Part shown: piece after piece, positions 8,774-19,281 of the stretch | Layout: each line of letters begins with the position of its first letter | Position numbering within the stretch: position 1 is the stretch's first letter | Assembly: GCA_934120645.1 (NCBI GenBank) | Contig: CAKOUO010000006.1 | Coordinates: 3,637 to 67,636, forward strand | Source: an uncultured Clostridia bacterium | GTDB taxonomy: Bacteria > Bacillota > Clostridia > TANB77 > CAG-508 | Reading direction: 5' to 3' | DNA length: 64,000 bases | The notes under the pieces: model-generated | Database searches by the model: none | Told to the model about the DNA's origin: nothing | The model's input: the letters and a program-made list of their open reading frames with translations, nothing else | Translations under genes and position numbers: made by a program

Positions 8774-9967
8774 ATGAAATATGAGAATATGGCAATAAGT
8801 GTTAGTGAATTAAATAGTTATATAAAAAACAAAATAGATGATGATGAAATTTTGAACAATGTTCTAATAAAAGGAGAAATATCAAATTTTAAAAATCATT
8901 ATACAGGTCATATGTATTTTACACTAAAAGATGAAAACTCATTAATAAAGTGTATAATGTTTAAAAGTTATGCACAAAAACTTGAATTTATGCCAAAAGA
9001 CGGAATGAAAGTTTTTGCATTTGGAACAGTTTCTGTTTTTGAACGTGATGGTATATATCAAATTTATGTAAAAGCAATGCAAGAAGATGGAGTAGGTATT
9101 TTATATAAAAAATATGAAGAACTAAAACAAAGACTTGAAGAAGAAGGATATTTTGATGAAAGACATAAGCAAAAAATACCATTAATGCCAAAAACAATAG
9201 GAGTATTAACATCACAAACAGGTGCAGTAATAAGAGATATAATTAATGTAAGTACAAGAAGAAATCCAAATGTAGTTATAAAGTTATTACCAGTACCAGT
9301 TCAAGGAGAAGGAGCAGCAGAAAAAATTGCTGATGGAATAAGACTAATGAATGAAAAAAATATTGCAGATGTTTTAATATTAGCAAGAGGTGGAGGTTCT
9401 CTAGAAGACTTATGGCCATTTAATGAAGAAATAGTAGCACATGCAATTTACAATTCAAAAATACCAATAATATCAGCAGTAGGACACGAAACAGATTTCT
9501 CAATTTCAGATTTTGTTGCAGATTTAAGAGCTCCAACACCATCTGCAGCAGCAGAACTAGCAGTACCAGACATATATGAAATAAAACAAAAAATAAATTC
9601 ATATCAAAGTAGATTAAGAAATTCATTAATAAAAAAAGTAGAAATTATGAAACTTAGATATGAAAAATGTATGTCAAGCAGAGTATTTAAAGAACCAAAA
9701 AGAATAATAGAAGATAATTATATAAAAGTAGATAATTATATAAAACAATTAGAAAATATAATAGTTAATAAACAAAAAGAAGAAAAAACAAAATACATAG
9801 AATTAGTTTCTAAATTAGATGCTTTAAGTCCATTAAAAACATTAACAAGAGGATATTCAATAATAGAACAAAACGGAAAAATTATAAATAGTGCAAAATG
9901 TTTAAAATCAAGAGATAAAGTAAATTTAAAATTTAAAGATGGGGAAAAATCTGCAGAGATTTTATAA
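8774..9967 (+). CDS. xseA: exodeoxyribonuclease VII large subunit
   Basis: N-terminal OB fold (VLIKGEISNFKNHYTGHMYFTLKD), IGVLTSQTGAVIRDI, RGGGSLEDLWPFN, SAVGHETDF. An alternative start at ATG 8789 is possible. Confidence 0.9.
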   Translation: MKYENMAISVSELNSYIKNKIDDDEILNNVLIKGEISNFKNHYTGHMYFTLKDENSLIKCIMFKSYAQKLEFMPKDGMKVFAFGTVSVFERDGIYQIYVKAMQEDGVGILYKKYEELKQRLEEEGYFDERHKQKIPLMPKTIGVLTSQTGAVIRDIINVSTRRNPNVVIKLLPVPVQGEGAAEKIADGIRLMNEKNIADVLILARGGGSLEDLWPFNEEIVAHAIYNSKIPIISAVGHETDFSISDFVADLRAPTPSAAAELAVPDIYEIKQKINSYQSRLRNSLIKKVEIMKLRYEKCMSSRVFKEPKRIIEDNYIKVDNYIKQLENIIVNKQKEEKTKYIELVSKLDALSPLKTLTRGYSIIEQNGKIINSAKCLKSRDKVNLKFKDGEKSAEIL

Positions 9968-9999
9968 ATCTTATAAATTAAATTGAGGAGATGTAAAAA

Positions 10000-10524
10000 A
10001 TGACAAATGGAACAAAAATAGTAATAGGTATATTAGCAGTAGCTTTAATAGCAGTAGGAATATCAGTTGGAGTAGGATTAAATAAAAAATCACCAAAAAC
10101 AAATGCAAATAATATTAACTATGAAAATAAAGATAATATATATGATTATCTAAATGAAGTAACAGAAGATAATACAGTTAATGAATCTAATAATAATACA
10201 AATGAAAATAAAACAGAAAATAATATAGAACAAAATAAAACACAAAACAATAATACAGAAACAGTAAGCAAAAATAATAATACAGTAGAAAATTTTACAG
10301 GTAAAGAAGAACAAGAAAGTCAAAAAGAAAATACAGGAGTAAGTGAAGAAGAAACAGCTATAAACCTAGCAAAGCAAGAGTGGGGAATAGATATAGATTC
10401 ATTTAATTTTGAAGCTGTAAAAAATAATGACGGAACATATAATGTAACTGTTAGAGGAAAAACAGATGGAAATGCTGTTACAGTATATACAATAAATGTA
10501 AAAACTGGAACAGTAACAGAATAA
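10000..10524 (+). CDS. membrane-anchored hypothetical protein (Asn/Thr/Glu-rich linker, small C-terminal beta domain)
   Basis: N-terminal TM segment IVIGILAVALIAVGISVGVGL, a low-complexity N/T/E stretch, and a PepSY-like tail (WGIDIDSFNFEAVKNNDGTYNVTVRGKTDG..VYTINVKTG). The domain call is tentative. Confidence 0.4.
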   Translation: MTNGTKIVIGILAVALIAVGISVGVGLNKKSPKTNANNINYENKDNIYDYLNEVTEDNTVNESNNNTNENKTENNIEQNKTQNNNTETVSKNNNTVENFTGKEEQESQKENTGVSEEETAINLAKQEWGIDIDSFNFEAVKNNDGTYNVTVRGKTDGNAVTVYTINVKTGTVTE

Positions 10525-10543
10525 TATAAAAGGAAGAAGTAAT

Positions 10544-10765
10544 ATGGCAAAAGTAAATTTTGAAAATAATATGGAAAATTTAGAAAAAATAGTATCTGAA
10601 TTAGAAAAAGGAGATTTAAATTTAGATGAATCAATATCTAAATTTGAAGAAGGAATTAAAATTTCCAAAGAATGCAATAAAATATTAGAAGAAGCTGAGA
10701 AAAAAATAACAATATTACTAGAAAAAGATGGTAATTTAGAAGAAGAAAATTTTACAACTGAATAA
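10544..10765 (+). CDS. xseB: exodeoxyribonuclease VII small subunit
   Basis: 73 aa with FENNMENLEKIVSELEKGDLNLDESISKFEEGIKISKEC. Confidence 0.85.
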   Translation: MAKVNFENNMENLEKIVSELEKGDLNLDESISKFEEGIKISKECNKILEEAEKKITILLEKDGNLEEENFTTE

Positions 10766-10786
10766 TAAGGGGATAGGAGCAAAAAA

Positions 10787-11230
10787 GTGAACAATAATTT
10801 TATGGAATTTATACAAAATAAGTATATATATATACCATTTTTATTATGGTTTTTAATTCAATTATTTAAAGTAATATATGATTTAGTAACAACTAAAAAA
10901 TTCAATTTTAAGAGAATATTAGGTGCAGGAGGAATGCCAAGTTCTCATACAGCTATTGTAGTATCACTAGCAACACTAGTTGGAAAGTATGAGGGAGTAG
11001 GTAGCCCAATATTTGCCGTAGCTTTAGTATTAGCAGCAGTTGTTATGTATGATGCATGTGGAGTTAGAAGAGCAGCTGGAAAGCAAGCTGCATTATTAAA
11101 TAAAATAATTGAAACACCAGGATTAACAGGAATACAAGTATCAGAAAGACTAGTAGAAGTTTTGGGGCATACACCAAAACAAGTTTTAGTAGGTGCATTA
11201 ATAGGAGTTTTAGTGGGATTAATAGCTTAA
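10787..11230 (+). CDS. divergent PAP2 family protein (DUF212, acid phosphatase/vanadium haloperoxidase-related)
   Basis: GGMPSSHTA...MYDACGVRRAAGKQA...GHTPKQVLVGALIG. GTG start. Confidence 0.75.
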   Translation: MNNNFMEFIQNKYIYIPFLLWFLIQLFKVIYDLVTTKKFNFKRILGAGGMPSSHTAIVVSLATLVGKYEGVGSPIFAVALVLAAVVMYDACGVRRAAGKQAALLNKIIETPGLTGIQVSERLVEVLGHTPKQVLVGALIGVLVGLIA

Positions 11231-11268
11231 TTCCACAATTTTTATATAAATATTTAAGGAGGAAAAAA

Positions 11269-12930
11269 ATGACTGATATAGAAATTGCAGAAAATACTAA
11301 ATTAGATAAAATAATAGATATTGCAAAAAGATTAGAAATAGAAGACGAAGATATTGAATGCTATGGAAAATATAAAGCAAAAATTTCTAACAATGTTTAC
11401 AAAAAAAATAAGAATAAAAAAGATGGAAAATTAATACTTGTAACAGCAATAAACCCAACTCCATTAGGAGAAGGAAAAACAACAGTATCAATAGCAATAG
11501 CAGATGGACTTTCAAAAATTGGCAAAAAATCTATATTAGCATTAAGAGAACCATCTTTAGGCCCAGTATTTGGAATAAAAGGTGGAGCAACAGGTGGTGG
11601 ATATGCTCAAATTGCACCAATGGAAGATATTAATTTGCATTTTACAGGAGATATACACGCAATTACATCAGCAAATAATTTATTATCAGCAATGATAGAC
11701 AATCATATATATTTTGGTAATGAATTAGACATAAAAGAAGTTACATGGAAAAGATGTATAGACTTAAATGATAGACAATTAAGAAAAATAGAAACAGGAT
11801 TATCAGGAGAAAAAAATATTGTTCAAAGAGAAGATGGATTCGACATATCAGTAGCATCAGAAATAATGGCAATATTATGCTTATCTGAAAATATAGAAGA
11901 ATTAAAAGAAAAATTAGGAAATATTATAATAGGATTTAATTCAAAAAAAGAACCAATATATGCAAAACAATTAAATGCACAAGGTGCAATGGCAGTATTA
12001 TTAAAAGATGCAATAAAACCTAATTTAGTACAGACTTTAGAACATACACCAGCAATTATACATGGAGGACCATTTGCAAACATAGCACATGGTTGCAATA
12101 GTATTATAGCAACAAAATTAGCAATGAAATTAGCAGATTATACAATAACAGAAGCCGGATTTGGAGCTGATTTAGGAGCTGAAAAATTCTTAGATATAAA
12201 ATGTAGAAAAGCTGGAATAAAGCCAGACGCAGTTGTAATAGTTGCAACAATTAAAGCTCTTAAATATCATGGAGGAATAGAAAAAGATAAAATAAACGAA
12301 GAAAATTTAACAGGCTTAAAAAATGGAATGAATAATCTATATAAACATATAGAAAATATAAAAGAAAAATTTGGATTAAATGTTATAGTTGCAATAAATA
12401 AATATTCAACAGACACAGAAACAGAAATAAATTATATAAAAGAAGAACTATCAGAAAAAAATATAGAAGCAAGCCTTGTAGAAGGATGGGAAAAAGGCGG
12501 AGAAGGAGCAATAGATATTGCAGAAAAACTAGTTAAATTAACAGAAAAAGAAGAAGAATTTAGATATATTTATGAAGAAAAAGATAGTATAAAAGCAAAA
12601 ATAGAAAAAGTAGCAAAAGAAATATATGGAGCAAAAGAAGTTAATTTTTCAGAAGAAGCTAACCAAAAAATACAATTAATAGAAAAATGGGGATATGGAA
12701 GCTTACCTATATGTATTGCCAAAACACAATATTCATTTTCAGATGATTCAAAAAATTTAGAATGTAAAGAGCCTTTTAATATAACAATCAGAGATGTAAA
12801 TTTAAAATCTGGAGCTGGTTTTGTTGTAGCTTTAGCTGGTAAAATAATGACAATGCCTGGATTACCAAGAGTTCCAGCAGCAGAAAATATTAATATAGAT
12901 GAAAATGAAAAAATAGTAGGAATTTTTTAA
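11269..12930 (+). CDS. fhs: formate--tetrahydrofolate ligase
   Basis: TAINPTPLGEGKTT, PSLGPVFGIKGGATGGGY, HGGPFANIAHGCNS. 553 aa. Confidence 0.95.
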   Translation: MTDIEIAENTKLDKIIDIAKRLEIEDEDIECYGKYKAKISNNVYKKNKNKKDGKLILVTAINPTPLGEGKTTVSIAIADGLSKIGKKSILALREPSLGPVFGIKGGATGGGYAQIAPMEDINLHFTGDIHAITSANNLLSAMIDNHIYFGNELDIKEVTWKRCIDLNDRQLRKIETGLSGEKNIVQREDGFDISVASEIMAILCLSENIEELKEKLGNIIIGFNSKKEPIYAKQLNAQGAMAVLLKDAIKPNLVQTLEHTPAIIHGGPFANIAHGCNSIIATKLAMKLADYTITEAGFGADLGAEKFLDIKCRKAGIKPDAVVIVATIKALKYHGGIEKDKINEENLTGLKNGMNNLYKHIENIKEKFGLNVIVAINKYSTDTETEINYIKEELSEKNIEASLVEGWEKGGEGAIDIAEKLVKLTEKEEEFRYIYEEKDSIKAKIEKVAKEIYGAKEVNFSEEANQKIQLIEKWGYGSLPICIAKTQYSFSDDSKNLECKEPFNITIRDVNLKSGAGFVVALAGKIMTMPGLPRVPAAENINIDENEKIVGIF

Positions 12931-13119
12931 ATAATAGAAGGACAATAAGGATTAAAGAAATATTTCATATTATTTACAATTAATAAAAGAAGTTGGAATA
13001 TGTATTAGTAAAAGACTAAAATTAAATGAATAAAAACTAAAAAAAACCTCACAATAAAAAGAGAAATATAAATTAAAAATATTAATTTATAACAATTAAA
13101 GAGAAAGTGAGGTTTTTTA

Positions 13120-14055
13120 ATGTTTAACTTTAGAACAGACCTAGCAGCAGAAAGAAGAGACTTATACAAAAAAGCAAATAGTATAGAAAACGAAATAAAC
13201 GGAATAGAGAGTACAAAGGAAGAAATAAATGAAAATATTTCAGTAGAAAGGGTAAAAATAACTAATGAAGAAGGAGAAAAAGCAATAGGAAAACCACAAG
13301 GAAACTATATAACAATAGACATAAAAAAATTAAGAATAGCACAAGACGAAGATATAGAAAAATCTGCAGAAATACTATCAAATGAATTAAAACAAATATT
13401 AGATGTCCATATAGATAAACAAGGAGAAATTTTAGTAGTTGGACTTGGAAATATATATGTAACACCAGATGCACTTGGACCAAAAGTAATTAATGAAATT
13501 GAAGTTACAAGACATATCATAAATTATTTACCACAATATGTAGAAGAAGGAACAAGAATGGTAAGTGCTATTTCACCAGGAGTTTTGGGGACAACTGGGA
13601 TAGAAACAGTAGAAATATTAAAAGGTATAGTAGACAACATTCATCCAAAACTTGTAATAGTAATAGATGCATTAGCCTCAAGAAGCATTGAAAGAATTAG
13701 TAGTACAATTCAATTATCAGACACAGGTATTGTACCAGGAGCAGGAGTTGGAAACACAAGAAACGAAATAAGTCAAAAAACTTTAGGAATACCAGTTATA
13801 GCAATAGGAATACCAACAGTAGTAGAAACTGCTGTATTGGTAAATGATTGTTTAGATTTATTTATAACAAAATTACAAGAAGAAGCTAAATCAAATGATT
13901 ATTTAAATCAATTAAAAGAAGAAGATAATTATGAAGAAATAAAAGAAGCATTAGTACCAAAAGACTATAACTTAATAGTTACACCAAAAGAAATAGATGA
14001 TTTAATTGAAAATATGAGTGAAGTAGTTAGTAAAGGAATTAATATGAGTATGTAA
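13120..14055 (+). CDS. gpr: spore germination protease (GPR endopeptidase)
   Basis: FRTDLAAE N-terminus, VVGLGN..VTPDALGP, VIDALA. Confidence 0.9.
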   Translation: MFNFRTDLAAERRDLYKKANSIENEINGIESTKEEINENISVERVKITNEEGEKAIGKPQGNYITIDIKKLRIAQDEDIEKSAEILSNELKQILDVHIDKQGEILVVGLGNIYVTPDALGPKVINEIEVTRHIINYLPQYVEEGTRMVSAISPGVLGTTGIETVEILKGIVDNIHPKLVIVIDALASRSIERISSTIQLSDTGIVPGAGVGNTRNEISQKTLGIPVIAIGIPTVVETAVLVNDCLDLFITKLQEEAKSNDYLNQLKEEDNYEEIKEALVPKDYNLIVTPKEIDDLIENMSEVVSKGINMSM

Positions 14056-14060
14056 AAAAA

Positions 14061-14086
14061 GCCTATTATTTTTTAATAATAGGCCT
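14061..14086. terminator. hairpin between convergent gpr and the ytxC-like gene
   Basis: GCCTATTATT-TTTT-AATAATAGGC. Overlaps the last codons of the minus-strand gene. Confidence 0.45.
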
Positions 14087-14932
14087 TATATTTTTATTAT
14101 TTTGATATAGTTTACAAATATTGCAATCAGTGCAAATTTCGATTTTACTTTCAAAAATTAATCCTAGAGTATGAATAAATTCATCAACATAGTTATCAAT
14201 AAGATGAATATAAATTTTCTTAGGAAGTAATGTAAGTAGAGTATTTAAAGCATAATCGTTAGAAGAAAAACTTATATCAGACAAATATTTTGCTTTCATA
14301 ATATTATCAGATATATTTATAATATTTTTATTTTTATCTAATAAAATAGAATTATCATTAGAATAAATTAAATGTACCATGTCACAAGTAGAATGTTGAG
14401 AATTTACATATACTTTTAATAAAGAAACAAATTCAAAATATTCTTTTTCAATAACAAAAGTATTAACAGCTTGGTCAACAACTTCTTCTAATATTGATAA
14501 ATAATCTTTTATCCTAAAATTGACAAAACCTGTTAAAATAATAGATTTATTTAATTCCAAGTAGGAAGAAAAGTCATTAATTAGACAATTATATTTTTGG
14601 TCAAAATATTTATTGAAATCATCTGAAAAAATATCAAAACAAATATTTAAAATTTCTTTTTTTTCAGAAGCTTCAAAATAAAAATAATTTTTTAAAATAA
14701 GAGTTTTTAAAAAAGTATCTTCAAGCTCATCTATAACAAGACAAGATAAAATACAGGAAAGTTCATGAATAAATTTTTTATCATCATTTCCTCTATAATG
14801 TATAATCACATTTTTATAATTTTTAAATTTGTTAGAAGAAATACAAATATGGTCAAGTTCTATATAATCAAGTTCAGATAGCAGATAGTCTAATAAATTA
14901 GAATTGTTTGTTTTTATACATATAGATTTCAT
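14066..14932 (-). CDS. putative sporulation protein YtxC-like
   Basis: 288 aa, soluble. Size and overall composition resemble the YtxC family. Recognition is weak. Confidence 0.4.
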   Translation of the reverse strand: MKSICIKTNNSNLLDYLLSELDYIELDHICISSNKFKNYKNVIIHYRGNDDKKFIHELSCILSCLVIDELEDTFLKTLILKNYFYFEASEKKEILNICFDIFSDDFNKYFDQKYNCLINDFSSYLELNKSIILTGFVNFRIKDYLSILEEVVDQAVNTFVIEKEYFEFVSLLKVYVNSQHSTCDMVHLIYSNDNSILLDKNKNIINISDNIMKAKYLSDISFSSNDYALNTLLTLLPKKIYIHLIDNYVDEFIHTLGLIFESKIEICTDCNICKLYQNNKNIRPIIKK

Positions 14933-15067
14933 GAAAAAACTCCTTTCTAATCTAGTATCTGCTAAATTTATAAAAGTTATACAATATAATATGAGTTTTT
15001 TACTAAAATGAAATATGTCCCAAATAATAAAAAAATAGTAAAAGGGAATAGTTCCTTTTTACTATTT

Positions 15068-16654
15068 TTAACTATAAATCATATAATCAATATCAGGAAA
15101 TACACAATCTTTTTTTGAAATATCTTTCAAAAATTCTTCATCAATTTCATTATTTTTTATTTGATAATATAATTTTGTAAATCTACCTATGTGATCTTTT
15201 ATTCTCTTTTTTGCATAATCAACCATTGTTCCATTTGTAATAATAAATAGCCAATCACTACTTTGCGCAAGTAATAATTCTCTTGCACATTGATTTAAAG
15301 CTTTTTTCTTTAAACCTTTAGCATTAGGGTAAAGATTAGCAAGTTCACACATTCTATCACCAGCTATATGTAAATGTTTATGAACATAATCATTAGAAGT
15401 ATTTAACCAAACTTCACTGTAACCATTTGCACCCCAACTAGAACGACAAGGTGAAGAAATTTGCATTTCTGGATATCTATCAATATATTCTGATGGTGTG
15501 ATTAATTCAAAGTTACAATCATCATAATAAATCTTTTTAAACAATATATATAACCAATATGGGCCTTCATACCACCAATGACCATAAAGTTCAGCATCAT
15601 AAGGACATAAAATAATAGGTGGTTTATCCATATATTGAGCCAAATCATTTATTTGTTTAGTTCTACAATCTAAGAAATGACCAGCTTGTTTTTCTGCAGA
15701 ATCTTTAGCCCATTGGATATCATAATAATCTTTATTTTCAGTTTTTCCTGTAATTCTATAATATTTAATTCCAGTATGAACTCTAACACCATTATGAGCA
15801 ATATAAGGTTTTATATAGTCATAATCAGCATCATATCCTATATCACGATAAAATTCTCTATAATTAAAATCACCAGGATAACCATTAATAGAACTCCAAA
15901 CTTGTCTTGATGATTCCATATCACGACCAAATGCTATTACTCCTTCTGGTGAAACAATAGGAGAGAAAGTTCCATATATAGGTGTAGGGTCTGCATATAA
16001 AATACCATGTGATTCTGTTATAACATATTCTATACCAAATTCTCTTAAGTATTTATCAGCTTCAGGAATATAGCCACATTCTGGAAGCCAAATACCACGA
16101 GGTTGTTTACCAAAATATTTTTTATAAGTTTGAACACCAACTGCAATCTGAGCTTTTACAGTTTTTTCATTAACATATAAAATTGGAAAATATCCATGAG
16201 TTGCACCACATGTAATAATTTCTAGTACACCAATATCCTGAAAATGTTTAAATTGACTAATTAAATCACAATTAAAAACATCTTTAAATAAATGTAAATC
16301 ATTTGAATATCTATCAAAATAATATTTAGAAAGTTTATTTACTTTTTCATTATTAGCAGTTCTAACTAATTCTTTTTTTGAAAGTTCAATCATTCTTTTT
16401 AAATACTTAATATATTTTCTTTGTAATAATTTATTATCTAACATTGAAAGTAGAGGAGGAGTCATTGACATTGTAATTCTAAATTTAACACCTTCATCAA
16501 CTAACTTTTTGAAATTTGTAAGTAATGGTATGTAGGTTTCTGAAATAGCTTCATATAACCAAGATTCTTCTAAATAATCATCACTTTCTGGATGATGAAT
16601 AAATGGAAGATGTGCATGTAATACAAAACTTACAAAGCCTTTTTTCTCTTGCAT
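15068..16654 (-). CDS. glycoside hydrolase family 57 protein (alpha-glucan branching enzyme-like, DUF1957 C-terminal region)
   Basis: N-terminal FVLHAHLPFIHHPE..., WLPECGY, AELYGHWWYEGP. Confidence 0.85.
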   Translation of the reverse strand: MQEKKGFVSFVLHAHLPFIHHPESDDYLEESWLYEAISETYIPLLTNFKKLVDEGVKFRITMSMTPPLLSMLDNKLLQRKYIKYLKRMIELSKKELVRTANNEKVNKLSKYYFDRYSNDLHLFKDVFNCDLISQFKHFQDIGVLEIITCGATHGYFPILYVNEKTVKAQIAVGVQTYKKYFGKQPRGIWLPECGYIPEADKYLREFGIEYVITESHGILYADPTPIYGTFSPIVSPEGVIAFGRDMESSRQVWSSINGYPGDFNYREFYRDIGYDADYDYIKPYIAHNGVRVHTGIKYYRITGKTENKDYYDIQWAKDSAEKQAGHFLDCRTKQINDLAQYMDKPPIILCPYDAELYGHWWYEGPYWLYILFKKIYYDDCNFELITPSEYIDRYPEMQISSPCRSSWGANGYSEVWLNTSNDYVHKHLHIAGDRMCELANLYPNAKGLKKKALNQCARELLLAQSSDWLFIITNGTMVDYAKKRIKDHIGRFTKLYYQIKNNEIDEEFLKDISKKDCVFPDIDYMIYS

Positions 16655-16700
16655 TATAATTCTCCTTTTTTTACTCTTTTTATTGGGACATATAGTTCAT

Positions 16701-17522
16701 TTATTTAAATTGTGAAGATGTATTAGAAGAAGGGTTTGACATATCATAAATATCTTCTACATTTTCATCTTTGTAAATTTGTTTATATAAATCATAAATA
16801 TTGTGAATTTTACCCATATTTCTAATAAAAGTTAAATTAGATATATTTTTTGTAGAAACTTTATTGTTTTTAACATTTTTAAAGTAAACCATGTTTTGTT
16901 CTTTGTCAAATAAAATATGATCATTAGGAGATTCTATTTCATTTGATGATGTAACAAAAATATAATTATCATTAATTTTATTATTATTTACAATTGGGCG
17001 TCTACCAAGTTCAATTCTATAGTCAGATTTACTATCATTTACATGTAAATACCAACTATTTGCAAAATCATTTATATCAACTTCAAAACTATAATGTAAA
17101 GTATCATTATAAACAATAAGAACAGGTTTTGTAGTTTCAAAGAAGTTTTCTCCATATTGTTTTTTATAATTTTCTCTATCTTTATCAGAAATTTCCCAAT
17201 AAATGAATAAAGTTGTAGGTGTTTGTGCTAAAACTTTTACAACTGTTTGATTATAACTATAAGGTAAATCATAATATTCATTAGTTATAAGAACTTTTTT
17301 CTTAGATGTTGATTTTGTAGTTGTTCTTTTTGTAGGAGATTTTTTTGTTGTTTTTGATACTTTTGTTTCAGATTTTGTAGTTGTACTCTTTTTTGCAGAA
17401 GCAGATTTAGTACTTGAGTTAGATTTTGACTTAGTTTTAGTTGTACTGCTTTTTATATTATCTACTTTTTTTGTTTTTAATTCTTTTTCTATTTCTTTAT
17501 TTTCTTTTGGTTTTCTTGGCAT
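16701..17522 (-). CDS. DUF4912 domain protein with Lys/Thr/Ser-rich N-terminus
   Basis: YDLPYSYNQTVVKVLAQTPTTLFIYWEISD motif. A common partner of GH57 genes. Confidence 0.6.
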   Translation of the reverse strand: MPRKPKENKEIEKELKTKKVDNIKSSTTKTKSKSNSSTKSASAKKSTTTKSETKVSKTTKKSPTKRTTTKSTSKKKVLITNEYYDLPYSYNQTVVKVLAQTPTTLFIYWEISDKDRENYKKQYGENFFETTKPVLIVYNDTLHYSFEVDINDFANSWYLHVNDSKSDYRIELGRRPIVNNNKINDNYIFVTSSNEIESPNDHILFDKEQNMVYFKNVKNNKVSTKNISNLTFIRNMGKIHNIYDLYKQIYKDENVEDIYDMSNPSSNTSSQFK

Positions 17523-17800
17523 TTTTTCCTCCTATGTATATCTCATTTTTCTTTTATATATACTATAATAAAATTGAAATAAATTCAAGTAAAATAAACA
17601 AAAAAAATAAAAGAATTTCAATAAAATTTTGGAAAATGACAAATTATTTTTCTTGATTTTTCAGTAAGACCATGATAATATAATGCCATGCAATAAATTT
17701 AATTAAACAACTTAGGAATTATAGATTAACAAGTACTAGAAACAACAAAACTTAGTAAAGAATATATAGAAAAAATAAAAAAAGAAAAGAAGGAATTTAC

Positions 17801-18241
17801 ATGTCAAGAATAAGATTAGCAGGTATTATACCAATGGAAGATGGATTTGCTTTAATGCATAGAAAAGATGTAATAAAAAATCCAGATAGAAAAGAATATT
17901 ATGTTTTCCCTGGAGGAGGAAGAGAAGGGGAAGAAACATATGAAGAAGGAACTTTAAGAGAAATAAAAGAAGAATTTGGAATAGATGTAAGAATTGTAAA
18001 AAAATTATATGAAGAATATTCAGAAAAATTTGACCAAACAACAATATATTATTTATGTGAATATGTAAGTGGAAAATTTGGAACAGGAACAGGACCTGAA
18101 TTTTCAAATGATCCTAAATATATAGATAGTGGAAAATACCTTCCTGAAATAGTAAAAAGAGAAGATATAGAAAAAATTCCATTAATGCCACCAGAAATTA
18201 AAGAAAAATTTGTAGATGACATAAGAAAAAATAAAATTTAA
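17801..18241 (+). CDS. NUDIX hydrolase
   Basis: Nudix box GGGREGEETYEEGTLREIKEEFGI. Confidence 0.8.
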   Translation: MSRIRLAGIIPMEDGFALMHRKDVIKNPDRKEYYVFPGGGREGEETYEEGTLREIKEEFGIDVRIVKKLYEEYSEKFDQTTIYYLCEYVSGKFGTGTGPEFSNDPKYIDSGKYLPEIVKREDIEKIPLMPPEIKEKFVDDIRKNKI

Positions 18242-18251
18242 TAAAAAATGC

Positions 18252-18280
18252 TTGCAATTATAGGAAAATGCTGGTATAAT
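18252..18280 (+). promoter_or_regulatory. sigma-A promoter of rpsB-tsf
   Basis: TTGCAA (18252-18257), 17-nt spacer, TGgTATAAT (18275-18280 with extended -10). Predicts a leader of about 100 nt. Confidence 0.5.
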
Positions 18281-18389
18281 AATATGCGTATTAAACACAT
18301 AAAGCAAGTTTAAAGGGAAGTGCCAAGAAATTGGTCCTATTTAAATGATGAACTTTATGGAAGTAAAAACAAAAAGGGAGGAATTTAAA

Positions 18390-19172
18390 ATGGCAGTAGT
18401 TGCAATGAAACAATTACTTGAAGCAGGTGTTCACTTTGGACATCAAACAAGAAGATGGGATCCTAAAATGGCTGAATATATATTCCAAGCTAGAAACGGA
18501 ATCCATATAATCGATTTACAAAAAACATCTAAAAAATTAGATGAAGCTTATGCATTCTTAAAAGAACAAGTTGAAGAAGGAAAAACAGTTTTATTTGTTG
18601 GAACAAAAAAACAAGCTCAAGAATGTATGAAAGAAGCAGCAATCAAATCAGGAATGTACTATGTTGATCAAAGATGGTTAGGAGGAATGCTAACAAACTT
18701 TGATACTATAAGAACAAGAGTACAAAGATTAAAAGATTTAGAAAAAATGGCAGAAGACGGAACTTTTGAAGTATTACCTAAAAAAGAAGTAATATTACTT
18801 AAAAAAGAAATGGAAAAACTAGAAAGAAACTTAGGTGGAATTAAAGAAATGGACAAATTACCTGGAGTTATATTCTTAGTAGATCCTAAAAAAGAACATA
18901 TAGCTATATTAGAAGCTAAAAAATTAGGAATACCAGTAATAGGATTAGTTGATACAAACTGTAATCCTGAAGAAGTTGACTATGCTATACCAGGAAATGA
19001 TGACGCTATAAGAGCTGTAAAATTAATAGCAGATGTTATGGCAAATGCTATCATTGAAGGTAAACAAGGAGAAAGCTTTGACGCAGAAGAAGTACAAGAA
19101 ACTGAAGCTACTTCAGAAGAACCAGAGCAAATCTCAATGGAAGAAGTTGTAGAAAACAGCGAAGAAGAATAA
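18390..19172 (+). CDS. rpsB: 30S ribosomal protein S2
   Basis: [27 protein letters not shown]. Start set at ATG 18390 with AGGGAGG SD. Confidence 0.95.
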   Translation: MAVVAMKQLLEAGVHFGHQTRRWDPKMAEYIFQARNGIHIIDLQKTSKKLDEAYAFLKEQVEEGKTVLFVGTKKQAQECMKEAAIKSGMYYVDQRWLGGMLTNFDTIRTRVQRLKDLEKMAEDGTFEVLPKKEVILLKKEMEKLERNLGGIKEMDKLPGVIFLVDPKKEHIAILEAKKLGIPVIGLVDTNCNPEEVDYAIPGNDDAIRAVKLIADVMANAIIEGKQGESFDAEEVQETEATSEEPEQISMEEVVENSEEE

Positions 19173-19186
19173 TAAATATAAAATAA

Positions 19187-19240
19187 AAAGGGCGAGCAAC
19201 GCTCGTACGAAAATATTCGGACGTAGCAAGCTGGCCCTTT
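19187..19240 (+). other. GC-rich structured intergenic element (attenuator/terminator-like) between rpsB and tsf
   Basis: Outer helix AAAGGGC/GCCCTTT encloses hairpin CGAGC-AAC-GCTCG and TACG...CGTA, followed by TTTAATTT. Confidence 0.4.
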
Positions 19241-19281
19241 AATTTAAAATATAATTAAATAATAAAGGGAGGAATTTTTAA

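Noticed and set aside
16684-16700. Possible REP-A remnants (ATTGGGACA at ~16690, and TGTCCCAAAT at ~15017)
   Set aside because: Only 8-10 nt resemble one arm, and the GGGGACG core and the partner arm are absent. This is indistinguishable from chance.
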